Part shown: piece after piece, positions 19,015 to 27,949 of the stretch | How the letters are laid out: the number at the start of each line of letters is the position of its first letter | Position numbering within the stretch: the first letter of the stretch is position 1 | Origin: Deltaproteobacteria bacterium | Lineage (GTDB): Bacteria > JAMCPX01 | DNA length: 64,000 nt | Direction of reading: 5' to 3' | Assembly (NCBI GenBank): GCA_023382265.1 | Contig: JAMCPX010000017.1 | Span: 4,838-68,837 of the forward strand | Made by a program: the position numbers and the translations under genes | The notes under the pieces: model-generated | What the model was told of the DNA's origin: nothing | What the model saw: only the letters and a program-made list of their open reading frames with translations | The model's database searches: none

Positions 19015-19971
19015 ATGCGTATAGGTATTATTACAAGCGGAGGTGATTCACCGGGAATGAACGCGGCTTTAAGGGCATCCGTTAGAACAGGATTATCTTA
19101 TGGATTTGAAATGATAGGCATACATAGAGGTTTCTCCGGTTTATTACAGGAGGCTTTCCAAACTCTCGATTCTAAATCCGTAAGCGGCATACTTCAGTTT
19201 GGCGGGACAATTCTTCAAACGGCGAGATCTAAAGAGTTTTATGAGGAACAAGGCAGGCTCAGGGCTGTGGAGATCATAACAAAAAATAATATAGATGCAT
19301 TGGTTATTATAGGAGGAAACGGCTCATTAACCGGCGCTTTAAAATTGGATGAGCTTGGCATCGCAACGGTTGGTATACCTGCATCTATTGATAATGATAT
19401 GTATGGTACGGATATGGCAATAGGTGTCGATACGGCACTCAACACAATAATACAAGTTATAGATAAAATAAAGGACACAGCCTCATCGCATGAAAGGGCT
19501 TTTATCATAGAGGTAATGGGGAGAGAATCCGGGTATCTTGCAACAATGTCGGCAATAGCAAGCGGTGCTGAGATTGTTATCGTTCCTGAGGTTCCTTATG
19601 ACATAAAGGATATCTCCGTAAGACTTAAAAAACGTTACGATGAGCAACGTTCGAATAGCATAATCATTGTCGCCGAGGGTGCTGTAAGCGCTTTTCAGAT
19701 CGAAAAAGAATTAAAAGATGAAATCGGATTTGAAATAAGAGTAACCGTACTCGGGCATATCCAGAGAGGAGGCTCTCCCTCCATATTTGATCGTTTGATT
19801 GCATCGCGTTTCGGATATCATTCTATAAATTTTTTAAAACAAGGCGGGAAAGGTAAAATGGTTGGGCTCGTGAAAGACGAGATTACCTTTACACCTTATA
19901 AAGATGTGATCTCAAAACAAATTCCGTTTAATGCAGAATTAATTCATATCATGGAACTGCTTGGTACATAA
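19015..19971 (+). CDS. pfkA: ATP-dependent 6-phosphofructokinase
   Basis: MRIGIITSGGDSPGMNAALRA N-terminus, GGNGS and MGR motifs, and 318 aa typical of PfkA. Confidence 0.9.
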   Translation: MRIGIITSGGDSPGMNAALRASVRTGLSYGFEMIGIHRGFSGLLQEAFQTLDSKSVSGILQFGGTILQTARSKEFYEEQGRLRAVEIITKNNIDALVIIGGNGSLTGALKLDELGIATVGIPASIDNDMYGTDMAIGVDTALNTIIQVIDKIKDTASSHERAFIIEVMGRESGYLATMSAIASGAEIVIVPEVPYDIKDISVRLKKRYDEQRSNSIIIVAEGAVSAFQIEKELKDEIGFEIRVTVLGHIQRGGSPSIFDRLIASRFGYHSINFLKQGGKGKMVGLVKDEITFTPYKDVISKQIPFNAELIHIMELLGT

Positions 19972-20183
19972 AAACATAAACCCGAAAATACAACAAAGAA
20001 ATAGCGGCGACCCGTTGAGTCGCCAAAAACAGGACGGTTCACCGAATCTCCCATACAATAAAAGACATATTAAAATGTCCTCCGGAAGTTTATATGCAGT
20101 TATTAGTGGGGGCATATCATGCCCTTGTCTTTATAGTCTTTTTTATTCCTGTGAATGAATTTTTTTGCTTAATCAAAAAGAAA

Positions 20184-20210
20184 GGCAGCAAAAAACTCGC
20201 TGCCTTTTTA
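20184..20210. terminator. bidirectional rho-independent terminator between pfkA (+) and the cytochrome gene (-)
   Basis: GGCAGC-aaaaaactc-GCTGCC hairpin flanked by an A-run on one side and a T-run on the other. Confidence 0.6.
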
Positions 20211-20229
20211 AAAAGAGGGGGATTACTAT

Positions 20230-22845
20230 TTAAGGTAATTTCTGTAATGTATCATTAAGTATCGTCAGTATATAGGTTGGGTTGTGTATGCCAAGACTGC
20301 CGTCGCTATTAACAAGTGCGTAGTTCCAGCCTGCTTCCAAAACCGTCGTGGTTAGAGGATTTGCTGCACTATTGATCCAGAATACAGGACCCGGGGCAGA
20401 ACCTGTTGTTGCTGTTATAGAACCCATCGCAAGTGTGAATGTTGCGTTAGAGGAATCCCACAACTGGTAGCCCTGCTGTCCGTGCACCTCCGAGAATGCC
20501 GCTGCCGTTACAGGAGTTGCGATTGTCTTGGTGTTTGAGGCCCATATTGTATAACCTGATGAAGCTGAAAAGTTGATTGCAGCGATTACAGTATTAGAAA
20601 GGTTCGTTTCAAGCTGATTCAGTAAACCCTGAACCTCTGTTTGTAAGCCGTAGCCTGTAACACCCGATCCATGACAGTTCTGACAGATCGTGCCCTGGTC
20701 CTGTGGATTGATTGTCCATACATGTGATGAAGGCGCACCTCCTGGATTGTTTGGATTATAGACCATGTGACATGTTACGCATGTATCTGCAATGTTTGCG
20801 TGCTTTGACACATATATCGTGGTTGTGCCTGTAATACCTGTAAAGTATGAGCTTTGGCCCATCAGTATGTCTGCCTGCGAAGGTGTATGAGGCGCAGAGT
20901 AATCAGCTACTGGAACAGAGTCATTCCTTAATCCATTTCTTGTATTATGACACTCCATACAAATTGCACCCGCACCTACCGAGTCCGCAGTAAACCCTGC
21001 TGCAAGTGTAAATGTGTTGCCGTAAACTCTTAGCTGATCAGGGTTGGCGGCATTATGGGGATCATGACATGCCTGGCATGTTTGAGGTTGAACCTGCGAT
21101 ACTGTAAGCCCTAAAGCTGCAAGCTGGGTAAGATTAAGACCAACGAGGTTTTGCATGCCATTGTTTACGCCAGAAGAAACCTGGTCAATATATGCATTAA
21201 ATCCCTGTGCAGAGTGACATCTTCCACAGTGTGCCGCATTTGAACCCATTCCCTGGATTGTTGCCTCTGAAAGTGATAAGTCAAGATTCGCATGAGGTGA
21301 TATTGCCCAGTCAGGGCCATTTGAATCATGGCACTGACTGCATACCCCTGCATCCCATCCAACCCTTGCCTGTAAATCATAAGCCTGGTTGGTACTGTGA
21401 TGTGCTTGTGAGTTACTTGGGCCGTGGCAATTCTCACATTGTATATTGGAAAGTGCTGCAAGCCCTGCATAATTTGAAAGCATATTTGTCCAGTTTGATA
21501 ATTGAAGAGTGTCCGGAAATGCCCACCCAAGGGTTTTCATCACATCGTCAAACCCATCGTTATTCGCGAGCGGCGCCTGATCATAACCAACAGTATGACA
21601 GCTCAAACACACCTCATTAGTAGTTAAAGGTATTGGAGAGGAGTCATAGGGCGGGATATCTGCCGGTTCATATCCAGAAGGACCAACAGTGCCGTCTCCG
21701 ATTAATCCCTCAATACCTCTTGTAAACATACTCGCATGTTGAGTCTGAAACCATGGTGCAAAATTACCTGTAATAGTGCCGTTATGACATGCGCTGCAGC
21801 TTGAATTTGAATACCCGCCGGAACCATCAATAGCTCCCATCCATGTTCCTGCTGCAATTGTGAAATAAATACCCGTAGTCGTTTCTTTTATTGTATATAA
21901 ACCCGCTACATCAGGAGTAAATGTTACAACTGTGTATGGGCTTGCTGCTACATTTGTTACAACAGCATTAGAGCCTGCTGGTTTTGATATAATTGATATT
22001 GACGGTGTGGTTGATGTAAAACTAAGGTACACGGGAGTTCCGATACCCACATTTTCTATACCCGCTGTTTTACTCGCGGCTCTTACCATTATTTCCGATA
22101 CCGCTTGAACGCCGGCAGGATTTGTCACATAAAGTGTAAGTCTGTATAAACCTACTTGCGTTGGTCCTATTGATATAATGCTGTCTCTGCCCTGATCGGG
22201 TGTTATACCATTAACCTGAGACATCATTGGATCCGTCGTAAAAGTAATTGATGCTGTTGTTGCTCCCGGTATCTGAGTTTCAACCCCCCCATACTGAGGG
22301 TACGGAATAACTGTCCATGTATAAGAGAGTGCTGACGCTGGATAATTCTGATCTGTTACATTTGCAGATATATTAACAGCTGCATTATATCCTACATTGT
22401 AAAGCCCGACATCATAAGCATCCATATAATAATTAGATGGCCACGTAATCAAAGAAGGCTGCAAACTCAATGGGGCCAAAGCTAATGATACTGATACCGT
22501 AACCGTTGAGCCTGCCGCTACTGCAAAGTACCCTGAAGTATACTGTGCATATCCTTTTGCACTGACCACCACCTGATACGGACCCACTGGTATGTTAGGA
22601 AAACTGAATTTACCCTGCGAATCGGTAGTAGTTGTTGGAAGAACTGCAGGAATCAATGCTACTGTAGCATTTGAAACAGCCTTGCTGCTTGAACTATCAA
22701 CGACAACTCCAGCTATGGTTCCTGTGCTTAATCCTGCCTTACCCGCAGGTCCGGCAGACCCTGCGGCACCTGTTGAACCTTTACATCCTGTAATACTTAT
22801 AGATATCAGGATGCTTGCTAAAAAGAACAAACCTTTTAATTTCAT
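20230..22845 (-). CDS. secreted nonaheme c-type cytochrome lipoprotein with N-terminal carboxypeptidase-regulatory-like and Ig-like domains
   Basis: Lipoprotein signal (LISISITGC), a short G-x-x collagen-like stretch, and a CarbopepD_reg-like beta-sandwich (GTIAGVVVDSSSSKAVSNATVAL...QGKFSF...GPYQVVVSAKGY). Nine CxxCH motifs follow: CSACH, CLSCH, CENCH, CSQCH, CGRCH, CQACH, CMECH, CVTCH, CQNCH. Confidence 0.85.
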   Translation of the reverse strand: MKLKGLFFLASILISISITGCKGSTGAAGSAGPAGKAGLSTGTIAGVVVDSSSSKAVSNATVALIPAVLPTTTTDSQGKFSFPNIPVGPYQVVVSAKGYAQYTSGYFAVAAGSTVTVSVSLALAPLSLQPSLITWPSNYYMDAYDVGLYNVGYNAAVNISANVTDQNYPASALSYTWTVIPYPQYGGVETQIPGATTASITFTTDPMMSQVNGITPDQGRDSIISIGPTQVGLYRLTLYVTNPAGVQAVSEIMVRAASKTAGIENVGIGTPVYLSFTSTTPSISIISKPAGSNAVVTNVAASPYTVVTFTPDVAGLYTIKETTTGIYFTIAAGTWMGAIDGSGGYSNSSCSACHNGTITGNFAPWFQTQHASMFTRGIEGLIGDGTVGPSGYEPADIPPYDSSPIPLTTNEVCLSCHTVGYDQAPLANNDGFDDVMKTLGWAFPDTLQLSNWTNMLSNYAGLAALSNIQCENCHGPSNSQAHHSTNQAYDLQARVGWDAGVCSQCHDSNGPDWAISPHANLDLSLSEATIQGMGSNAAHCGRCHSAQGFNAYIDQVSSGVNNGMQNLVGLNLTQLAALGLTVSQVQPQTCQACHDPHNAANPDQLRVYGNTFTLAAGFTADSVGAGAICMECHNTRNGLRNDSVPVADYSAPHTPSQADILMGQSSYFTGITGTTTIYVSKHANIADTCVTCHMVYNPNNPGGAPSSHVWTINPQDQGTICQNCHGSGVTGYGLQTEVQGLLNQLETNLSNTVIAAINFSASSGYTIWASNTKTIATPVTAAAFSEVHGQQGYQLWDSSNATFTLAMGSITATTGSAPGPVFWINSAANPLTTTVLEAGWNYALVNSDGSLGIHNPTYILTILNDTLQKLP

Positions 22846-23228
22846 ATGTCCTCCTTCAATAATACTTACTTTGAACGCATTTTTTATACCATCTGTTGTT
22901 TTAAGATGGCAAGCTTATAAGTATTTATTTTCCCTGAATATCTTAGAAAATAGCTATATTGATTCAGTAGTATGAAATGGTAATTTTTGGTTATAACGCA
23001 CTATTATATGGTGAAATCACCCATTTACGAACAAAAAAGATTATTATGCAAAAATAATTCTGGGATGCGTTAAAAAAAAACGGTGAGACTGAGAAATGTG
23101 TAAAAATGGATCATAGTGCCGAACCAGCGTACAGCGGCGAGTCAGTCTAGCCGCTCACACTTAGCATTTTATTTTGATTTAATTGTTTTACAAAAGGAAA
23201 AATCGTATGAGCAGAAAAACACTTTTTG

Positions 23229-23257
23229 TTGACACTATTAAAACTAATATGTATATT
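23229..23257 (+). promoter_or_regulatory. near-consensus sigma70 promoter for citrate synthase (TTGACA-17 bp-TATATT)
   Basis: TTGACA at 23229-23234, a 17-nt spacer, and TATATT at 23252-23257. An AAGGAGG RBS lies 5 nt before the ATG at 23288. Confidence 0.5.
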
Positions 23258-23287
23258 GTATACAATTAAAAGTATAAGGAGGAAGAC

Positions 23288-24592
23288 ATGGGAAGACTTA
23301 AAGACAAACTATCAAAGTTGATTCCAATATGGAGAAACAATGTTAGCACTTTATCTAAAGAACATGGAAAAATAAAGATCGATGAAGTGGAATTGGATCA
23401 GGCCTTAGGCGGAATGAGGGATATAAAATCAATGGTATGTGAGACCTCTTATCTTGACCCAATGGAAGGCATAAGATTCCGTAATTATACAATTCCGGAA
23501 GTAAGAGAAAAACTGCCAAAACCGGAACCCAATAGTGAGGCATATCCGACAGGATTATGGTACTTGCTACTTACAGGAGAAATTCCTTCAAAAGATGATG
23601 TACTTGAAATAGAGGATGAATTTAAAGTTCGGGCGAGTGTGCCTGAATATGTATTTAATGTAATAAAAGCACTTCCCTCGGGAACTCATCCGATGACACA
23701 ATTTGCAGTAGGAATTCTTGCATTACAAAAAGATTCTATCTTTGCAAAAAAATACAATGACGGCATGAAAAAAACAGATTACTGGGAACCGATGCTTGAA
23801 GATTCTATGAATCTTCTGGCGAAACTGCCGGGAATTGCTGCGTATATCTACAGACATACCTACAAAGACGGGAAAATTATTCCTGCTGAACCAAAGCTTG
23901 ACTGGGGAGCAAATTTTGCCCACATGATGGGTGTTGATAACCCAGAATATAAAAATCTGATGAGACTTTATCTTATATTGCACAGTGATCATGAAAGTGG
24001 TAATGTCAGCGCACATGCTGGACATTTGATTGCCTCGGCGCTTTCTGATGTATATTATTCTATTTCGGGTGCTATGGATGGATTAGCCGGACCATTACAT
24101 GGACTTGCAAACCAGGAATGTCTTAAATGGATAATGGATCTTTACAATAAATACAATGGAATCCCGACAAAAGAACAGGTTGAGCAATTTACAAATGATA
24201 CTTTGAACAGCGGCAAGGTCATACCTGGCTACGGTCATGCCGTTCTCAGAAAAACCGATCCAAGGTACACCGCACAAAGAGAATTCGCATTAAAATTCAT
24301 GCCCGATGATCCATTGTTTAAAACCGTAAGTAATATATTTGACGTTGTTCCAAATGTACTCATGAAACAGGGTAAAGCAAAAAATCCATGGCCCAATGTT
24401 GATGCACACTCCGGCGTACTGCAGTATCATTATGGTGTAAAGGAATTTGACTTCTATACAGTCTTATTCGGTGTTTCCAGGGCACTCGGCATAACAGCTC
24501 AAATCGTGTGGGATAGGGCAGTGGGTGCACCTCTTGAGCGACCAAAATCTGTTACTCTCCAGATGCTAAAAGAGGCAATACTAAAAGCTTAA
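23288..24592 (+). CDS. citrate synthase (eukaryote-like / type I form)
   Basis: 434 aa with the conserved active-site blocks (GGMRDIKSMVCETSYLDP, HSDHESGNVSAH, GYGHAVLR, DAHSGVL). The N-terminal region resembles mitochondrial-type enzymes, as seen in Geobacter. Confidence 0.9.
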   Translation: MGRLKDKLSKLIPIWRNNVSTLSKEHGKIKIDEVELDQALGGMRDIKSMVCETSYLDPMEGIRFRNYTIPEVREKLPKPEPNSEAYPTGLWYLLLTGEIPSKDDVLEIEDEFKVRASVPEYVFNVIKALPSGTHPMTQFAVGILALQKDSIFAKKYNDGMKKTDYWEPMLEDSMNLLAKLPGIAAYIYRHTYKDGKIIPAEPKLDWGANFAHMMGVDNPEYKNLMRLYLILHSDHESGNVSAHAGHLIASALSDVYYSISGAMDGLAGPLHGLANQECLKWIMDLYNKYNGIPTKEQVEQFTNDTLNSGKVIPGYGHAVLRKTDPRYTAQREFALKFMPDDPLFKTVSNIFDVVPNVLMKQGKAKNPWPNVDAHSGVLQYHYGVKEFDFYTVLFGVSRALGITAQIVWDRAVGAPLERPKSVTLQMLKEAILKA

Positions 24593-24634
24593 GTTGTGCA
24601 TTTGGTAATACATGGGATCTTGGGTAAGTGAAAA

Positions 24635-24676
24635 ACGGGTCACCCCAAAAAGCATAAATTTTTTTGGGTGACCCGT
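24635..24676. terminator. bidirectional terminator between convergent citrate synthase and dienelactone hydrolase genes
   Basis: 11-bp perfect stem ACGGGTCACCC/GGGTGACCCGT with an A/T-rich loop, A-run before and T-run inside, and U-rich flanks in both orientations. Confidence 0.55.
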
Positions 24677-24767
24677 TCTGCCTGTTCTTCTTTTGCAATG
24701 TCTTTCATAATCTTTACCCCTATTAGGAAGCATTCATTTATTATGCCGCTTTCCTCTTTCTTTTCCA

Positions 24768-25565
24768 TCAGGCACCAAGGTATTTTTTAAAGAGATCGAG
24801 TGTCCTTTCCCATGCGTCTTGTGAAGCATCCTCATTGTATGAGGTACCGGTGTGATTGAAAAAGGCGTGATGTGTACCGGGGTAGAGTTTCATCTCAAAA
24901 TTCGTTTTATACTCTACAATAGCTTTCATGAGCTCAGGCAGTCCCTGGTTTATACTGCTGTCTTCGCCCGCATATATCCCGGGCACAGCGCCTTTTATGT
25001 TTGCAACGGCTTCTATGGGTTTAGGATTTGCCCGGTAATACACCGCTGATGCCTCAAAAGGCTTTATTGTTGATATCTGGAAGGTCAGCCCGCCTCCCAT
25101 ACAAAAACCGATTACCCCCATTTTGTGGACATTATAGTTTGCTTTTAAAAAGTTGTATGTGGATTCCAGGTCCTTTAACATATTTTCTTCAACCTTATGT
25201 CTGTTTATCATAAGGTCCGTAATGATCTTTTTCTGTGTTTCGTCAGACTTTGACATGATCTCATTCAACACAGATGGATCTCTTCTTTTTTCGGGTGGGA
25301 TAGAGAACATCGGGGTCATTGCATTCGTTATAATCTTCTATGTAAACAGCGCATCCTGGTTTTATCTTGAATACAAGTGTGGCGCAAGGGCTATATACCC
25401 CTGTCCAGCTAATCTATTAGCAACACCACGTATAAAATCGGTAAAACCGAATATTTCCTGTATAACTATTATGCCGGCTGCCTTGGTTTTGACTTCCGGC
25501 ACTGCAAGATGCGTCCTGATTTCGCTGTTATCGTGTGTTTTATATCTTACATTCCTGCTATCCAT
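24768..25565 (-). pseudogene. dienelactone hydrolase (carboxymethylenebutenolidase) family gene interrupted by two in-frame stop codons
   Basis: ORFs 25362..25565 (N-terminus, GIIVIQEIFGFTDFIRGVANRLAGQGYIALAPHLYSR) and 24768..25319 (GFCMGGG nucleophile elbow through the C-terminus) are in the same frame. Translation between them reads R-TAA-NQDALFT-TAG-KIITNA-M, so there are two nonsense codons in 14 codons. Confidence 0.65.
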
Positions 25566-25771
25566 AATCGTTGATCCTTATCTATCTTGTCTTGGACTTT
25601 GGACTGCTGTATCATTTACCCGAATCCAGTACTCTATCTACCCTGTACACAGGACTTTTCAATAATTTATCGTCTTTTCTAATAATGTTAACTTTGATGG
25701 ATTATGGGGTCTACACACACTTGACAAAGATTCTGATCTGCTCCCTATTTCTAACTACTTGAAAAACAACA

Positions 25772-25844
25772 TGCGCCCGGGGGGATTTGAACCCCCGGCC
25801 TGCGGATTCGTAGTCCGACGCTCTATCCACTGAGCTACGGGCGC
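25772..25844 (-). tRNA. tRNA-Arg (anticodon ACG)
   Basis: Minus-strand sequence GCGCCCGTAGCTCAGTGGATAGAGCGTCGGACTACGAATCCGCAGGCCGGGGGTTCAAATCCCCCCGGGCGCA. It has a 7-bp acceptor stem, a D-arm, anticodon loop CTACGAA, and a GGGGG/TTCAAAT/CCCCC T-arm. No CCA is encoded. Confidence 0.9.
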
Positions 25845-25979
25845 ATTATTTATATTTCAATATGTTATATGATGTTCCTATTTACTGTCAAGCGGCTGCT
25901 GCCAACTTATCCCCGTTTTTTTTGTGAAAATCAGTTCCCATCATTGCATCCTTGAGTTAAATGTTGACAACGATCCACA

Positions 25980-26858
25980 TTAAACGCTTACATGCAAAAA
26001 CATCCTTAACCCATAGCCAATCAAAAAAGATAAACCCGCAACTCCAATGCTGATCAAGCTCATCTCAAGAAACCTGCTCAAGAACGGTACTTCTTTTGTT
26101 ACAGAAATGAAGTAGGTGAAAAAAAATATAATAACAACAGCAGTGATAATGGATAATAATATGGCAAGATGATAGCTTTGAAAAATAAAAAATGGGGCAA
26201 CAAGTAATGCCACAGCAATTATATAAGCCACACCGGTATACATTGAAGCTTTAAAAGGATTTTTATCATTCCGGTCTGATTTTTTTGCAAGATACTCTGA
26301 TGACATCATCGATAAAGCCGCTGCGATACCTGTGATCAAACCTGCTACCCCTATAAGGTGCGTTTTCTGGAATGCAAAAGATAAACCTGCAAGTGTACCT
26401 GTGATCTCCACAAGTGCATCATTTAATCCGAGGATCATGGAGCTTATGTAATTGAGTTTATCTTCATCAATTAAAGATATTAGTTCTCTCTCGTGCTTCT
26501 CTTCATCTTCAATTATTTCTGCCGTCTCTTTAAATTGATCGGATATCCGCCTGTAAGCAAGCTGCGCCCTATCTTCTCCTTTTTCCATAATCTTTATGGC
26601 AAAAGTTAAACTGAATAGCTTAACAATAGCAATGTAGAAAAAGATTTTTATTCTGCTCGGTTTTATATCTATTTTCGTATATCTTTTCCATATATCATAA
26701 TGACGAAGCTCGTCATCGCATATTTTCTGTAATACTTCTTTATTTTTATCTTTTGAGTTATCAGAAAGCCTTTTATAAACAAAATGTTCTGTAATTTCAT
26801 TTTTTTGAAAAGCCATCAGAGACAGCATCATGTTCTGTTCCAAAGTGTTTTTATTCAT
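25980..26858 (-). CDS. ferritin-like (rubrerythrin/Er-type) domain fused to a VIT1/CCC1-family Fe/Mn transporter
   Basis: N-terminal four-helix ferritin-like region with ExxH pairs (DDELRHYD, EDEEKHERE). A C-terminal five-TM VIT1 domain follows (LGLNDALVEITGTLAGL...). Confidence 0.7.
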   Translation of the reverse strand: MNKNTLEQNMMLSLMAFQKNEITEHFVYKRLSDNSKDKNKEVLQKICDDELRHYDIWKRYTKIDIKPSRIKIFFYIAIVKLFSLTFAIKIMEKGEDRAQLAYRRISDQFKETAEIIEDEEKHERELISLIDEDKLNYISSMILGLNDALVEITGTLAGLSFAFQKTHLIGVAGLITGIAAALSMMSSEYLAKKSDRNDKNPFKASMYTGVAYIIAVALLVAPFFIFQSYHLAILLSIITAVVIIFFFTYFISVTKEVPFLSRFLEMSLISIGVAGLSFLIGYGLRMFLHVSV

Positions 26859-27001
26859 ATAATCTCTCCTTAAAACTCATTCTCATTTTTTAATATTATC
26901 AGAACGCATATAAACTGTCATCTTAGGCTTATACCAGATTTATCGAATTATTATCATCTGATTGCAAATTTATATCGATTAACATATATCTATACTTAAA
27001 C

Positions 27002-27892
27002 ATGACAAAAAGAGAAATAACAAACACTATAAAGCTATTGGTATTCTTCATAATTATAGGGATCATAGCAGGTGTCTCATTACATTTAATAGCAATACAT
27101 ACAAAAATGATTCCTATGGGTTTTTCTTCTATAATCGATGCTGCCATAATCTTTATTTTAGGTATGATAATTATTAAGGTAATACAGAGATTTATAGCCA
27201 ACACATTCATGTATATAAGTGAAGACAATGCAGGTGTTTTAAAATTTTTTATCAACCTCATTGTATACTCAGCCTTACTCATTATTATCTTTTCTGTACT
27301 TGGCATTAATGTCACAAACATACTGCTTGGTGCCACATTTCTTGGTATAGTTTTAGGCCTTGCAGCCCAGACAATATTATCTAATTTATTTGCGGGTATT
27401 ATTATCCTTTTTGCCAAGCCTTTCAAGATAGGAGATAGAATCACTGTTGTGACATGGCAATGGGGAGTATCTCCATCTACTTATCAACATGAGGCCCTTA
27501 AACCAGGATATACAGGCATGGTTAAAGATGTAAACCTTTTATTTACAACCATAAAAGAAGATAACGGCATGGAATTAAAAGCACCAAATAATGTACTTAT
27601 GTCTGCACTTATCACGAATTATTCGGGAGTGAAAAAGCGGATAACAAGGGTGAGATTTGAGCTCGATAAAAAAGTTGAGCCTGGTGCATTTAAAAAGGCT
27701 CTGGAATCGTATCTTGATCAGGATGAAATTATATTAAAAGAACCTTCACCGGCCATAAGAACAGTGGATTTAACTTTGAACAGCTATTTCATAGCAGTAG
27801 AAGTGTATTCGGAAGAGATAAATGAAGATCCCGTCAGAGATATAATACTTAATTTTTGTTTAAATTATACTAAAGGGGTAAAACAGAATTAA
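27002..27892 (+). CDS. mscS: small-conductance mechanosensitive channel (MscS family)
   Basis: TM3 and beta-domain signature (ILSNLFAGIIILFAKPFKIGDRITV) with N-terminal TM helices. Confidence 0.8.
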   Translation: MTKREITNTIKLLVFFIIIGIIAGVSLHLIAIHTKMIPMGFSSIIDAAIIFILGMIIIKVIQRFIANTFMYISEDNAGVLKFFINLIVYSALLIIIFSVLGINVTNILLGATFLGIVLGLAAQTILSNLFAGIIILFAKPFKIGDRITVVTWQWGVSPSTYQHEALKPGYTGMVKDVNLLFTTIKEDNGMELKAPNNVLMSALITNYSGVKKRITRVRFELDKKVEPGAFKKALESYLDQDEIILKEPSPAIRTVDLTLNSYFIAVEVYSEEINEDPVRDIILNFCLNYTKGVKQN

Positions 27893-27949
27893 GCAAGATT
27901 GAGTGAATGATCCGTGGATGAAGATAAAATAAAATAAGGAGGACAATAA

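Noticed and set aside
19961-20158. 65-aa ORF downstream of pfkA
   Set aside because: It overlaps the pfkA stop. It has no RBS or family resemblance and lies in a hairpin-rich terminator region.
25320-25364. Alternative genetic code or programmed recoding to explain the interrupted dienelactone hydrolase
   Set aside because: The two interruptions are TAA and TAG, not TGA, and both are within 14 codons. All other genes in the window are intact with ordinary stop usage, so a pseudogene is the simpler explanation.
26929-27444. 171-aa ORF antisense to the 5' half of mscS
   Set aside because: It overlaps a well-supported MscS gene on the opposite strand. It has no recognisable motifs, and its hydrophobic character simply mirrors the antisense of a membrane protein.
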